Positions 28,824-39,337 of a stretch of 64,000 nt of DNA are shown here, one piece after another. The notes under the pieces were generated by a model, which ran no database searches, was not told the DNA's origin, and saw only the letters and a program-made list of their open reading frames with translations. Made by a program: the position numbers and the translations under genes. The number at the start of each line of letters is the position of its first letter. The stretch's first letter is position 1. Origin of the DNA: an uncultured bacterium (GTDB lineage: Bacteria > Margulisbacteria > WOR-1 > CAVSGV01); contig CAVYHE010000013.1 of NCBI GenBank assembly GCA_963768305.1, positions 23,353 through 87,352 of the forward strand, read 5' to 3'.

Positions 28824-30152
28824 GTGAATATCCGACCTATACCTAAAATGAGCCATTCAGCTGCAAAAGCCCCATCGGGCCTTTCTTATCTCAGCGGCGC
28901 GAGAAAAATATATTACAAAATAAACGATCCCAGGGATGAGCGTTTAGTCAGATCGGTTTTGCATTTTTATTCCAGCAGGGACATTTCGCTGCATTACTTA
29001 AAACCTATCGATGTAATTGGCGAGAGCTATTTGGCTTTTTGTGAATCGAGAAAAAAAGATCCCGGAATATCCGATCACGCATTAATACGTGATGCGCTAA
29101 AGAGAATTTCAAGCCTGCTGAAAAATGATTCCCAATACGAAAAAACATTGCAAAAGATAAGAGATGGATATGTGGACATGAAGGATCTAGAACCTTCGAC
29201 TTTCGGGGAGCGTCTGCAACAGCAACGCATTGCGCATCATAAGACACTGAGCCAGCTCGCAGCAGAACTCAATGTTGGGTTGCGCGCCGTTATATCATGG
29301 GAACAGGACGAAAAGATGCCACGGCCGCGCAATCTCAGCAACTTGGCAACAACCTTTAAAACATCGGTGAGTAGTTTATTGATGGATATGTCATCTGATG
29401 AGCTTGCGAAAGCTAAAGTGCCTGATATTGGCATCCCTGATATCAGGAGCAATGCATCTCGCAAACTTGTTGGAATTAAGGTGGCGACATACAGAAAAAG
29501 TATTGGAAAAACGCAGGAAGAATTTTTACCGGGAGGTGTTTTGTTGCGGGTGGAACGCGGACAGAGCGTTCAACCCTGGAAGCTGCCGGACATCGCGAAG
29601 GAAATGCATACAACGGTCAGTTCTCTTCTTACGAGCATGCCTTTGGATAAATTACTCTCGTTAAAGGTGGATAACGAATTCAGCGGCGAAGGCAAAAAGA
29701 TAATAGGGTTGAAATTAGCGATATTGAGGATTACTTCCCGATTTAAGTCCCAACTTAATCTTGCCATGGAGATACAAAGGCCAAAATCGCTGATAAATTA
29801 TTGGGAATCAGGAGAGCATCTTATTGGTCCGAATGATCTTAAAAAACTGGTAGATGTTTTCAATGATGTCGGGGCGGTCCAGGAAGAGATCTGCGGTAAA
29901 GTTGAGGCAATTCAAATATTATCCGGGTATAAAAAAATCGATTTTCTGAGACAAAATTTCAGTCAATGCAGGAAATACAAGTTACTTCTTCTTTCAACGG
30001 GTTTATGGCGAAAAGACCTTGCGGAGAAACTTGGCGTGCCTTGCAGCAAAGTATACCAATGGGTGAGCGGCGAAAGCAAGCCAGATATGGTTAATGAAGG
30101 AAAAATGGCTAAAATATTTGGCGTCACCCTGGACTTCAAGAATGTTATTTAG
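28824..30152 (+). CDS. Protein with multiple XRE-type helix-turn-helix domains
   Basis: FGERLQQQR..TLSQLA..VISWE..P, R...GKTQEEF, SQLNLA..INYWESG, KDLAEKLGV..VYQWVSG..KP. Confidence 0.8.
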   Translation: MNIRPIPKMSHSAAKAPSGLSYLSGARKIYYKINDPRDERLVRSVLHFYSSRDISLHYLKPIDVIGESYLAFCESRKKDPGISDHALIRDALKRISSLLKNDSQYEKTLQKIRDGYVDMKDLEPSTFGERLQQQRIAHHKTLSQLAAELNVGLRAVISWEQDEKMPRPRNLSNLATTFKTSVSSLLMDMSSDELAKAKVPDIGIPDIRSNASRKLVGIKVATYRKSIGKTQEEFLPGGVLLRVERGQSVQPWKLPDIAKEMHTTVSSLLTSMPLDKLLSLKVDNEFSGEGKKIIGLKLAILRITSRFKSQLNLAMEIQRPKSLINYWESGEHLIGPNDLKKLVDVFNDVGAVQEEICGKVEAIQILSGYKKIDFLRQNFSQCRKYKLLLLSTGLWRKDLAEKLGVPCSKVYQWVSGESKPDMVNEGKMAKIFGVTLDFKNVI

Positions 30153-31402
30153 GAGTATTTCCTCGGATCGGTTATCTTTCCGTTCAGAACAGAAGCGGCC
30201 ACGGTCGCGGGCGAGCCGAGATAGATAAATGCATTAGTGTTTCCCATTCTCCCTTTAAAATTTCGATTAGCCGTGGAAATCACATTTTCGCCATCAGAAG
30301 GAACGCCGTTGTGAGTTCCCACGCACGGACCGCATCCCGGCGTCACAAAAGTCCCGCCGGACTCCACCAATGATTGAAATATCCCCTTCTTGATAAGCTC
30401 CATCAAGATGTCTTTCGATGCGGGAGCCAGTATTAACCGCGAATCCTTGCTGATCTTTTTGCCTTTCAGGATCTTTGCCGCGGCCTCGAAATCATTTACC
30501 CTGCCGTTCGTACACGTCCCGATAAATCCCTGCTGAATGGCTGTGCCTTCAACTTCTTCGATGGGAGAAACATTGTCGACTTTATGCGGTTTCGCGACCT
30601 GCGGACCGATCTTCGAAGCGTCTATCTCCATTACATTCAAATATTTAGCGTCATTGTCGGCTTCAGTAGGTGTCGGGGTCTTCTTTGAATGCTGTTTGAT
30701 CCATTCCATTGCTTTTTTATCAGGTCTCATTATCCCTGCCTTTGCGCCGAATTCTATTGCCATGTTCGATATCGTGAATCTTTCGTCTATCGACAACTCA
30801 TCGATCGCGTCGCCTGTGAATTCCGCCGAAAGATAGGTCGCGCCGTCAGCGCTTATTTTTCCGATCAGATAAAGTATCAGGTCCTTTGAAAAACTTCCTT
30901 TCGGCAGCTTGTTCTTGAATGAATATTTAACTGATTGCGGGACCTTGAACCAGAGCTTCCCGGACGCCATTACGGCGGCAAAATCGGTGGAGCCCACACC
31001 AGTGGAGAACGCGTTTATCGCCCCGTATGTGCAGGTATGCGAATCCGCGCCTATAACCAGGTCTCCGGCCGTCACGTGCCCCTGCTCCGGAAGAAGCTGA
31101 TGGCAAACTCCGCAGCCAATATCATAAAGCTTAATGTTCTGCGCTTTTGTGAATTCCCTTATCTTCTTGTGTATGGCCGAGACGCCTTCATTGGGGGAGG
31201 GGGATGAATGATCGATTATTATCGCTATCTTGGACGGATCAAAGACTTTCGCGATGTTCATCTTCTTGAAAACATCTATAGCCACACCGGAAGTCCCGTC
31301 CTGCCCCATGCAGAAATCGATATCGGCTATGACTATGTCGCCCGCTTTCGCGTCTTGTCCCGAATGTCTGGAGAGGATCTTCTCTGCGATGGTTTTTCCC
31401 AT
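30149..31402 (-). CDS. leuC: 3-isopropylmalate dehydratase/homoaconitase large subunit
   Basis: TIAEKI, DSHTCTYG, GTCTNGR, PGCGPC.G, NRNF.GRMG. Confidence 0.94.
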   Translation of the reverse strand: MGKTIAEKILSRHSGQDAKAGDIVIADIDFCMGQDGTSGVAIDVFKKMNIAKVFDPSKIAIIIDHSSPSPNEGVSAIHKKIREFTKAQNIKLYDIGCGVCHQLLPEQGHVTAGDLVIGADSHTCTYGAINAFSTGVGSTDFAAVMASGKLWFKVPQSVKYSFKNKLPKGSFSKDLILYLIGKISADGATYLSAEFTGDAIDELSIDERFTISNMAIEFGAKAGIMRPDKKAMEWIKQHSKKTPTPTEADNDAKYLNVMEIDASKIGPQVAKPHKVDNVSPIEEVEGTAIQQGFIGTCTNGRVNDFEAAAKILKGKKISKDSRLILAPASKDILMELIKKGIFQSLVESGGTFVTPGCGPCVGTHNGVPSDGENVISTANRNFKGRMGNTNAFIYLGSPATVAASVLNGKITDPRKYS

Positions 31403-31408
31403 TGGATA

Positions 31409-32329
31409 TTACTTGGCGCGGCTCTTTACCGCTTCTTCAACGATCTTCGCCTTGCTGAGGAGGTAGCCAGGGACATCCTTTGAAGCCCGGACTTCTTTAA
31501 TAAGCTTAAGCGCGTTCACTTTTTTCGAAACATCCGCCTTGTCCAGCTTTGCCCTCAGGACAAGCTGACTGTCAGCTGTCTTGGAAAGTATTACCTGATT
31601 GCAAAGCGCGATGATCTTGTTAACGTTCTTTTTTGGATCCAGCCTTGTTAAAACCTCAGCTTCAACAACCCTTGCCTTTATCATGAAATAATCTCCGGGC
31701 CTCTCTGCAAGAAGCGTTTGTGCATCATGGCAGTATTCAGCGTATTTTTTCAATTCTTTGACCGGCGCCGAATACGTCTTCAATTCGGAAAGGCCGACCA
31801 TAGCCCTCGCCCTGAAATAAGCGTTCGCCCCGCCTTTTTTGACGATGCCCTCATAAAGCTTTGACGCCGTCCTTAAATTAACGGGGCCATCGATCTTTGC
31901 CAGAAGCTCGGCTTCGACTATCGTGGCTTTCTGGAAAAAGAAATCATTGGGGCCGATCTCTTTTTTTATCAGCTGGGCGGATGACTTGGCCAGCGAGACC
32001 GCCTGATTAATGTCGCTTTCTTTCTCGCTGGTGATCATCAGCTCGGCTTTCCCGGAAAGCGCCCTCGCGCGCAGGTATGTGGACGCGACGCCTTTCAATA
32101 TATCGTCATACAATCTTAAAGCTTCCTTGTAATCACCGGGTTCGTTCCTACCCACCAGCAGGTCGGCAAGCCCGAATTTTATCTCTCCAATGTCATATCT
32201 CCACGCGATGGTACGGAGCAGCAGCCTGTACCGGCCGATGACCTTGTTAAGCTTTACTTTTTCGGAAGGGGAAGGATAGGATGGCTCCCTGTCCACGATG
32301 AAACTCATTATCGGCGATAAGATCCCCAC
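31409..32329 (-). CDS. Helical-repeat (TPR-like) hypothetical protein
   Basis: Recurring YLRARALSGKAEL / FFQKATIVEAEL / YFRARAMVGLSEL / YFMIKARVVEAEV. Confidence 0.65.
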   Translation of the reverse strand: MGILSPIMSFIVDREPSYPSPSEKVKLNKVIGRYRLLLRTIAWRYDIGEIKFGLADLLVGRNEPGDYKEALRLYDDILKGVASTYLRARALSGKAELMITSEKESDINQAVSLAKSSAQLIKKEIGPNDFFFQKATIVEAELLAKIDGPVNLRTASKLYEGIVKKGGANAYFRARAMVGLSELKTYSAPVKELKKYAEYCHDAQTLLAERPGDYFMIKARVVEAEVLTRLDPKKNVNKIIALCNQVILSKTADSQLVLRAKLDKADVSKKVNALKLIKEVRASKDVPGYLLSKAKIVEEAVKSRAK

Positions 32330-32403
32330 TTATAACTCCTTATTATCAACTTGTCCCTTGAGGGCTTGATAATAATTGTAATCATTGTAGAATACATTGT
32401 CAA

Positions 32404-33129
32404 ATGCTCACTCCGCGAAGAGAAAAACAAATTCAGGAATTCGAGGCAAAGATCGGGATAGCATTCTTGAATCCGGCGCTTCTCAATCAATCATTGACGC
32501 ATTCATCTTTTGCCCACGAATCAAGGAATAAATCCCCGGACAATGAAAGGCTGGAACTTTTGGGCGACGCTGTGATAAAACTTATCACGACTGAATATCT
32601 GTATAATAAATTCCCTGAACATCAGGAAGGCGACCTCACAAAGATAAGGGCGGTGGCGATATCCGATGACGTGCTTGCCGAGGCGGCGAAAAAATTGAAA
32701 TTAGGCGAATACATACTGTTCGGAATGAATGAAAAGCGGACGGGCGGCATGCACAGGAAATCGAACCTCGCTAACGCCATGGAAGCCCTTATAGGGGCCA
32801 TTTACCTTGATGCAGGCCTTGGAAAAGCAAGGGACGTCCTTCTGGAACTGCTTATTCCGGAAATGGACGAAATAAGCAAGGAAGGATACATCAAGGATTT
32901 TAAATCTGCTCTCCAGGAATTCGTCCAGAAGAAAAAATGGGGGCTGCCGTACTACAGGGTCATCAGGGAAGAAGGCCTAAGGCACAAAAAAATATTCTGG
33001 ATGGAAGTGAACATAAAAGGGCAGAAATGCGGCGTCGGAAGAGGCGCGAACAAAAAGGAAGCGGAGCAGGCGGCCGCAAAGATCGCGCTTTCCAGGCTCA
33101 CAAAGAAGAGAGCATTAAAACCAAAATGA
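32404..33129 (+). CDS. rnc: Ribonuclease III
   Basis: LTHSS, NERLELLGDA, EALIGAIYLD, dsRBD KSALQE...KKEAEQAAA. Confidence 0.96.
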   Translation: MLTPRREKQIQEFEAKIGIAFLNPALLNQSLTHSSFAHESRNKSPDNERLELLGDAVIKLITTEYLYNKFPEHQEGDLTKIRAVAISDDVLAEAAKKLKLGEYILFGMNEKRTGGMHRKSNLANAMEALIGAIYLDAGLGKARDVLLELLIPEMDEISKEGYIKDFKSALQEFVQKKKWGLPYYRVIREEGLRHKKIFWMEVNIKGQKCGVGRGANKKEAEQAAAKIALSRLTKKRALKPK

Positions 33130-34511
33130 CAGGATCAGTCCTTATAACCAACGGCAGGGTGGTGGACCCCGGGCAGGGGATCGACCGCGAAATGGAAGTC
33201 CTCATCGTCGACGGGAAGATAGCCGCCGTCGCGACCCAAAAAGGAATATCAAGGAACACCCCCCATAATTGCGAGATATTTGACGCGAAGGGCCTGATAG
33301 TTTCCCCGGGTCTTATAGACATGCACTGCCACCTTCGTGATCCCGGAAATCCGGAGGAGGAGACCATTGCATCAGGTACAGCATCAGCCGCGGCAGGCGG
33401 GTTCACCGCTATCGCGTGCATGGCAAACACGGACCCTGTCGCTGATACTCAGGCCGTCATAGAATACATCGTTTCCAAGTCCAAGTATGAGGGCGTTGTT
33501 AACGTTATGCCGATCGCCGCGGTGACCAAGGGCTTAAAAGGCGAACAAATATCAGAAATGAGCCTTCTCATGGAATCAGGCGCGGTCGCATTTTCTGACG
33601 ACGGCCATCCTATAATGAACGCAGATGTGATGCGAAGAGCGCTGGAGTATTCAAAACAATTCAATACCGTCATCATATCCCACTGCGAAGATCTGAATCT
33701 TTCATCAGGCGGGGTGATGAACGAGGGATACATATCGACGATCATGGGGCTGAAAGGCATCCCGAGTGTTGCGGAAGAGTCCATGGTGGCGAGGGACTGC
33801 GCTCTTGCGGAGGAATTCGGCGCCCGCCTTCATATCGCTCACGTTTCAACCTCCGGCTCGGTGGAGATAATAAGGCAGGCAAAGGCAAAGGGCGTAAAGG
33901 TAACATGCGAGACCGCGCCGCATTATTTCACTCTTACGGAAGGCGAAGTAGAGGGTTATAACACCAACGCAAAAATGAATCCGCCGCTTAGGACGGAAGA
34001 TGATGTAAAAGCGATCGTAAAAGGATTGAAGGACGGGACCATTGACGTGATCGCGACCGACCACGCGCCGCACCTTACGGAAGAGAAGAAGATCGAATTC
34101 AAGGACGCAGCTTTCGGGATAGTCGGGTTCGAGACGGCTTTACCGCTTATCATAACGGAACTTGTTGATACCGGTGTCCTGACGATAAGCAAAGCGATCG
34201 AAAAACTCACGATCAATCCGGCAAAAGTATTATCACAGAAAACAGGAACTTTTAAGGTCGGATATCCCGGGAATGTGACGATAATCGATCCGGATAAAGC
34301 TGTGACAGTGGATGTTTCCTCGTTCAGGTCCAAAAGCAAGAACTCCCCGTATAACGGCTGGAAACTGAAGGGCGGCCCTGTCGCGACGATAGTTTCGGGC
34401 AGGATCGTCATGAAAGACTTGTCGGTAAGATGGGCGATAGCGGGACAAAAGAACATCATGCCGACGGTCGCTTCTCCGCTCCCGAAGTTCATCGATATCA
34501 ACAAGAAATAA
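33126..34511 (+). CDS. pyrC: Dihydroorotase (start ATG 33126)
   Basis: DMHCHLRDPG, AAAGGFT, HCED, HIAHVS, KMNPPLR, ATDHAPH. Confidence 0.94.
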   Translation: MTGSVLITNGRVVDPGQGIDREMEVLIVDGKIAAVATQKGISRNTPHNCEIFDAKGLIVSPGLIDMHCHLRDPGNPEEETIASGTASAAAGGFTAIACMANTDPVADTQAVIEYIVSKSKYEGVVNVMPIAAVTKGLKGEQISEMSLLMESGAVAFSDDGHPIMNADVMRRALEYSKQFNTVIISHCEDLNLSSGGVMNEGYISTIMGLKGIPSVAEESMVARDCALAEEFGARLHIAHVSTSGSVEIIRQAKAKGVKVTCETAPHYFTLTEGEVEGYNTNAKMNPPLRTEDDVKAIVKGLKDGTIDVIATDHAPHLTEEKKIEFKDAAFGIVGFETALPLIITELVDTGVLTISKAIEKLTINPAKVLSQKTGTFKVGYPGNVTIIDPDKAVTVDVSSFRSKSKNSPYNGWKLKGGPVATIVSGRIVMKDLSVRWAIAGQKNIMPTVASPLPKFIDINKK

Positions 34512-34512
34512 A

Positions 34513-36459
34513 ATGGCAGAAGAAGCGCCGGAGATCGTTCCCGAGATCGAAGCAAAAAGGATACTGAACAAATATCTCAGCGAGATAGGCTGGCCGAATG
34601 AAATGAAGAAAATGGCCTCGGCTCAGGCCCTTTCCGCCGCGGATTGGGATATAAAGTACAGGCAGATAGAAGAAATGGAGCTTGTGGCCGATGAAAATTT
34701 CGGTGCGGAAGTGGATAAATGGAGAGCTGGAGAGATCGAAGATATCCAGGGCCGTTCTTTCAAGGATAGTGGAGCTTCTGGAAAAGCGGTCAGATCTCAC
34801 TTTTTTCGCGAAACGGATAGTAAGCAGGCTGAAGGAGGAACTCAAATAAATAATTTTCTTGATAAGATCGGGATAAAAAAAGAGAACGCGCTTCTGATCG
34901 TCCTGCTCGCAGTATCCTTTGTGATGTTCTTCTACAAGCTGGGAGCGCCTTCCCTTTTTGAGACAGATGAGGTCATATATTCTCAGGTTGCCAGGGAAAT
35001 CGTAAGATCGGGCGACTGGATCACCCTGCATCTGTTCACAAAGAACTGGTTCATTCACCCGCCGTTCTATATGTGGCTTACCGCCGCAAGCTCGTATGTT
35101 TTCGGCGATAACGAATTCAACACGCGGCTCTGGAACGCCCTTTTTGCCGTTGGCCTTGTATTTGTTACCTGCCTGCTCGGCAAAAGGATGTTCAGGGACA
35201 GGGTCGGCATACTGGCCGGATTTATTCTCGCATCCACGCTTCAGTTTATCCTTCAGGCAAGGATGGCGATATTCGACATCCCTCTTGTTTTCTTTGAAAT
35301 GCTTGCGCTTCTTTTCTTTTTCAACTGGCAGGAAGAGAAAAAGAAAAGAGACTACTATCTGTTCTTTATTTTGATGGGGCTGGCGGTCCTGATGAAAGGG
35401 CCGATCGGCGTTCTTCTTCCATTGCTTGTGATCATCCCCTATTTGATATTTACCGGCGGGCTGAGATCTCTCTTAAATATCCACTTCATTCCGGGATGCG
35501 TTGCGACGTATCTCATAGGCGGGACATGGTATACGGCAGAGGCCATAATCCACGGCAAGAAATTCGTTGACAGCGTCTTTGGCTTTTATCTCATAGGCAG
35601 GTATCTCACAACCATAGAGCAGCACTACGGCCCCTGGTATTTTTATGTACCGGTTATCATCATCGGCTTTCTCCCGTGGGTATCATTCCTTCCTTTTTCA
35701 ATAGCATACCAATGGAAGAACAGAGGGAACAATTATAATTTGTTCTCACTGATATGGATGGCTGTTGTATTCGTTTTTTTCTCGATCGCCGGCACAAAGT
35801 TGCCGGGATATATAATGCCGCTGTACCCCATTGCTGCGATCTCGGTGTCAAAAATGGTCCAGGACCTTCTTTCAGGCAAAGACAAAGGTCTGCAAAAGCT
35901 TGTTCTAAGGGCTTTCAAGACGCTCGCGGTATCCTCCGTGGTACTTCTTGTGATAAGCGTGTTGTTAAAGATGTTTGAATTTCCGGATAAATATGTTGTA
36001 GTCATGGGGGATGTCGCGGCAACTTTCATCATCATCGGGATAGGGGGGTTGCTGGCATCACTTTTATACTTAAAAAAACGCGATCCCATCAATCCATTTG
36101 CGATCCTGGTAATCACGATGTTCATCTTTTCCGTGTTCACTGCCGGTCATACAATGATCGATCTGGACCAGTTCAAGCCGATGAAGGCGATATCGCAGAA
36201 GATCAACTCGATTTACATGAGCGATGATTCCATCGTCGGTTTCAAAGTGCTTAATAAGGGCAGTTTCATGCATTATCTGGACAAGCCGGTGATGTGGATA
36301 GGCAATGATTATGACCTGAGGCAAAGGCTTAAGCAGCCGGGGAAGATCCTGCTTATAACCAACGACAGGAATTCTTCCTCCGTCGGGCTGGACAACAAGA
36401 AGCCCCTCTTTGTCATATACCGGGCCGGCGGGATGGTTCTGCTCTCAAACTGGAAATAA
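34513..36459 (+). CDS. ArnT/PMT-like glycosyltransferase (GT-C fold) with N-terminal extension
   Basis: DE..Y...ARE....GDW, PP..MW, KGPIG, PWYFY, KLPGYIMP.YP. Confidence 0.88.
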   Translation: MAEEAPEIVPEIEAKRILNKYLSEIGWPNEMKKMASAQALSAADWDIKYRQIEEMELVADENFGAEVDKWRAGEIEDIQGRSFKDSGASGKAVRSHFFRETDSKQAEGGTQINNFLDKIGIKKENALLIVLLAVSFVMFFYKLGAPSLFETDEVIYSQVAREIVRSGDWITLHLFTKNWFIHPPFYMWLTAASSYVFGDNEFNTRLWNALFAVGLVFVTCLLGKRMFRDRVGILAGFILASTLQFILQARMAIFDIPLVFFEMLALLFFFNWQEEKKKRDYYLFFILMGLAVLMKGPIGVLLPLLVIIPYLIFTGGLRSLLNIHFIPGCVATYLIGGTWYTAEAIIHGKKFVDSVFGFYLIGRYLTTIEQHYGPWYFYVPVIIIGFLPWVSFLPFSIAYQWKNRGNNYNLFSLIWMAVVFVFFSIAGTKLPGYIMPLYPIAAISVSKMVQDLLSGKDKGLQKLVLRAFKTLAVSSVVLLVISVLLKMFEFPDKYVVVMGDVAATFIIIGIGGLLASLLYLKKRDPINPFAILVITMFIFSVFTAGHTMIDLDQFKPMKAISQKINSIYMSDDSIVGFKVLNKGSFMHYLDKPVMWIGNDYDLRQRLKQPGKILLITNDRNSSSVGLDNKKPLFVIYRAGGMVLLSNWK

Positions 36460-36536
36460 TCACCTCTTGTAGTCTAAATCCACAGCAAGTGTCGATAGCT
36501 ACTACACATATTCCTCTATAAATACGCTTAAAAGTC

Positions 36537-37618
36537 ATGGCTAGAAAATTGCTGCCATACAGGAATATGGTAAAGTCTTCAGGAAATTCAAAATATTTAG
36601 TCGCAGGCTTCCTGATGATCATAATGATGCTATTCATATCATCCTGTGCTTCACCCCACAAAAATCAGATAATTCGCTAACGATCACCACTCCGACGGAA
36701 GAAGCCGGAGATATTCAGGTCCCGACAAGGGAGATCGTCAGCTCCTACGAGAACCTAAAGGGAAATTCCAAAGAACCGAAACCGGAATGCCGGGTCGTAT
36801 CCGTTAAAAATGTTTCTGCGGACAAGGTGGTGGAGACAATATCAAGGGCGATCCCCAATATCATCGCGGTGAAAAATGAAGATTCAAATTCGATCGTACT
36901 GCGCGGTATTCCGGATGACCTTGCCGAAGCGCAAAAAATAATCAGCTCGCTTGATAAAAAGATCCCTCAAATCCTTATCGAAGGGAAGGTCATCGAAATA
37001 TCACAGAGCGGAATGGCCGACATAGGCGTTGCCTGGAGCATGGGCGACGGAAATTTCAAATATACTGTCAGCAAAGATACGGGAAAGATGGATCAGCTGA
37101 CCGATATTATGGCTTCGGTGACCGCCTTGATCGGTTCCGGCAAGGCGAAAATACTTGCAGATCCGAAAATAATGGCGCTTGACGGAAAAGAAGCTGAGAT
37201 CAACATCGGCAGCCGCATCCCTTACGCGGTTCCAGCCAGCTCCAATTCAACAACTACCCAGTGGACCGTTGAGTATATTGATGCCGGTGTGAATTTGAAG
37301 ATACTTTCAAATGTTGAGAACGACGGCTCGATAGTTTCAACGATACGGCCTGAAGTGAGCAATATTTCAGAGTGGCGCACAACGTCAGCGGGGGACTTCC
37401 CTGTCATTTCAACGCGCAATGCATCCGTCACTGTGAGACTTAAGGACGGCGAAACGCTGATCATCGGAGGACTATTGAATGAATCTGACAGCGAGAACGT
37501 TTCGGGGGTGCCGGTCGTTTCAGAAATACCTGTGGTGGGAGGATTATTTCAGAGAAAGACAACAGAAAAAACGAAGAGTGATATTATTTTTCTGATAACG
37601 CCGCATTTAATGAAATAA
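36537..37618 (+). CDS. Secretin (PilQ/GspD family), probably lipoprotein, frameshifted near 36654-36664
   Basis: ISSC lipobox in the frame from ATG 36537; next frame continues into PQILIEGKVIE, A.P.I..LDG..A.I..G, V.LKDGET.IIGGL, IP..G.LF, FLITP. Confidence 0.85.
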
Positions 37619-37664
37619 GGAAAGAGGAGTTAGGGGAGCAATAGGCTTTGGATCTTTGGATAAG

Positions 37665-38612
37665 CTACTTCAGCATTCCCTTGATGATAATATCCACGGC
37701 TTCTTCTGGTCTTAGCCCTTTTGCCATGAGGGTTTCAAGCTGGGCCTTGTCAACGCTTCCGATCGCGGCCTCGTGAGTGACCTTTGCCGATTCCACAAAA
37801 ACGTCAACTATCGGGACCGCCCTCGCCTGGGCCTTATCCTGAACTATCTCGATGCAGTCCACGTGGCCGCGGGAATTGGGGCCGTACGCCTGCATCTCCG
37901 AATAAACTTCGCTTTTCGCGTTCCCTTTCACGGCAACTCGGCTTTTTATTATTCCGCGCGCGTTCTCCCCCCGAAGGATGCTTTTTTCTTTTATCTTTAT
38001 ATTATCGGTCCCGTAACCGTAAGCTTTGGCCGTCATTTCCACGACAGAATCCTTCCCTGCATCCACCTCATAATCTATCTCAAGCTTTCCGACCCTGCCT
38101 TTTGTCAGCTGGAAGTTCGTGTAAAGCCGCGCGCCTTCTTCAAGGAATATCTTTGCGACCGGCACGACTTCCACGCCGCCGTCCTCCCCGTGGAAATGGA
38201 CCTCGTTATATCCGTAGCTGCCGTTCTTTTTGACCCTTATCTTCGCCTGCATCTTATGGACGACTTTGACTGCATTGGGGAAAATGCAGTGCGCCAGGAG
38301 TACGACCTTGCTGTTCTCTCCGACCTCGGCGTCGATATTTATCAGCTGGATTCCTTCTTTCGGGAGGACGCCGAAACAAAGATGGACGGGAAAATCGATA
38401 ACGGTATTCGGCAATACGCGGAACTTAATGTCTATCCCATCCTTTGTTTCTTTTGGCTCGACAATAAGCCCAGGCACTAGATTTGTCCCAAGGACCTTAC
38501 CTTTGTGGACCATAAGGTGCGCGACTTTCGGGTCCGAAAATATTGCGGGATTTCCTTCCGCCTTTTCATAAGCTTCCAGCATCATCTGGTATTCTTTCGT
38601 AAAATCGGTCAT
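37665..38612 (-). CDS. SufB/SufD-family Fe-S scaffold (short, SmsB-like)
   Basis: PVHLCFG, RGHVDC.E, THEAAIG.V. Confidence 0.88.
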   Translation of the reverse strand: MTDFTKEYQMMLEAYEKAEGNPAIFSDPKVAHLMVHKGKVLGTNLVPGLIVEPKETKDGIDIKFRVLPNTVIDFPVHLCFGVLPKEGIQLINIDAEVGENSKVVLLAHCIFPNAVKVVHKMQAKIRVKKNGSYGYNEVHFHGEDGGVEVVPVAKIFLEEGARLYTNFQLTKGRVGKLEIDYEVDAGKDSVVEMTAKAYGYGTDNIKIKEKSILRGENARGIIKSRVAVKGNAKSEVYSEMQAYGPNSRGHVDCIEIVQDKAQARAVPIVDVFVESAKVTHEAAIGSVDKAQLETLMAKGLRPEEAVDIIIKGMLK

Positions 38613-39337
38613 ACGCCGTCCCCTTTGGCCGGATATGTTTTTGTCGGACAGGGCTTGCAGTTCTCCTTGTAATATTCAATGATCTCTTTCGGCTCGCCGA
38701 CCTTGAACGCAAGACCGCTACACATCAATGCGGAGCGGTCGGCCACCTTTACGACTTCTTCGTCGTGAGTGATGAGTATAACGGAGCCGCCGTAGCCCTT
38801 TATTTCGCGGATAAGGTTCATGACAGCTTCCTGCGACAGCATGTCTATGCCTGAATCCGGTTCGTCCAGTATCGCAAGCTTCGGCTTCATTGCCAGAAGG
38901 GAAGCAAGTTCTATTTTCTTTCTTTCCCCGCCGCTCAAAGTCTTATCTACCTGCCTGACCCTATATTCGCTGGGAGTAAGCCGCATTTGCTCCAGATATT
39001 GTTCCGCGAGGGTATGCCCTTTTTGCGCGCTTCCGATGAGGATGAAATCGAGGATGGAAAGCCCTTCGAATCTCGCGGGTTCCTGCCAGGCAAGTGTTAT
39101 GCCAAGCCGCGCTCTTTCGTCCATGCTTTTGCCGGTGATGTCGACGCCGTTGAATGTTATTTTTCCGCTGTCCGGCTTGTATCCGGAGCTACCCATAAGG
39201 ATATATGCCAGCGAGCTTTTTCCGGCACCGTTCGTCCCCAGGATGCCGAAGATCTCGCCATCGGCTATCTCAAAGCTGACGTCATTTATGATCTGCTTAT
39301 CCCCGCGCTTCAGGTTAAGATGTTCAATTTTAAGCAC
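38609..39337 (-). CDS. sufC: SufC-like ABC ATPase
   Basis: G.NGAGKS, LAWQEP, LSGGE.K, LDEPDSG.D, ITH; adjacent to the SufB-like gene. Confidence 0.85.
   Translation of the reverse strand: MLKIEHLNLKRGDKQIINDVSFEIADGEIFGILGTNGAGKSSLAYILMGSSGYKPDSGKITFNGVDITGKSMDERARLGITLAWQEPARFEGLSILDFILIGSAQKGHTLAEQYLEQMRLTPSEYRVRQVDKTLSGGERKKIELASLLAMKPKLAILDEPDSGIDMLSQEAVMNLIREIKGYGGSVILITHDEEVVKVADRSALMCSGLAFKVGEPKEIIEYYKENCKPCPTKTYPAKGDGV

Noticed and set aside
36470..36500. TAAA...GTCGATAG upstream of the secretin as a seventh sigma28-like site
   Set aside because: Spacing is 12 rather than 15 and the GAAATTT box is absent.
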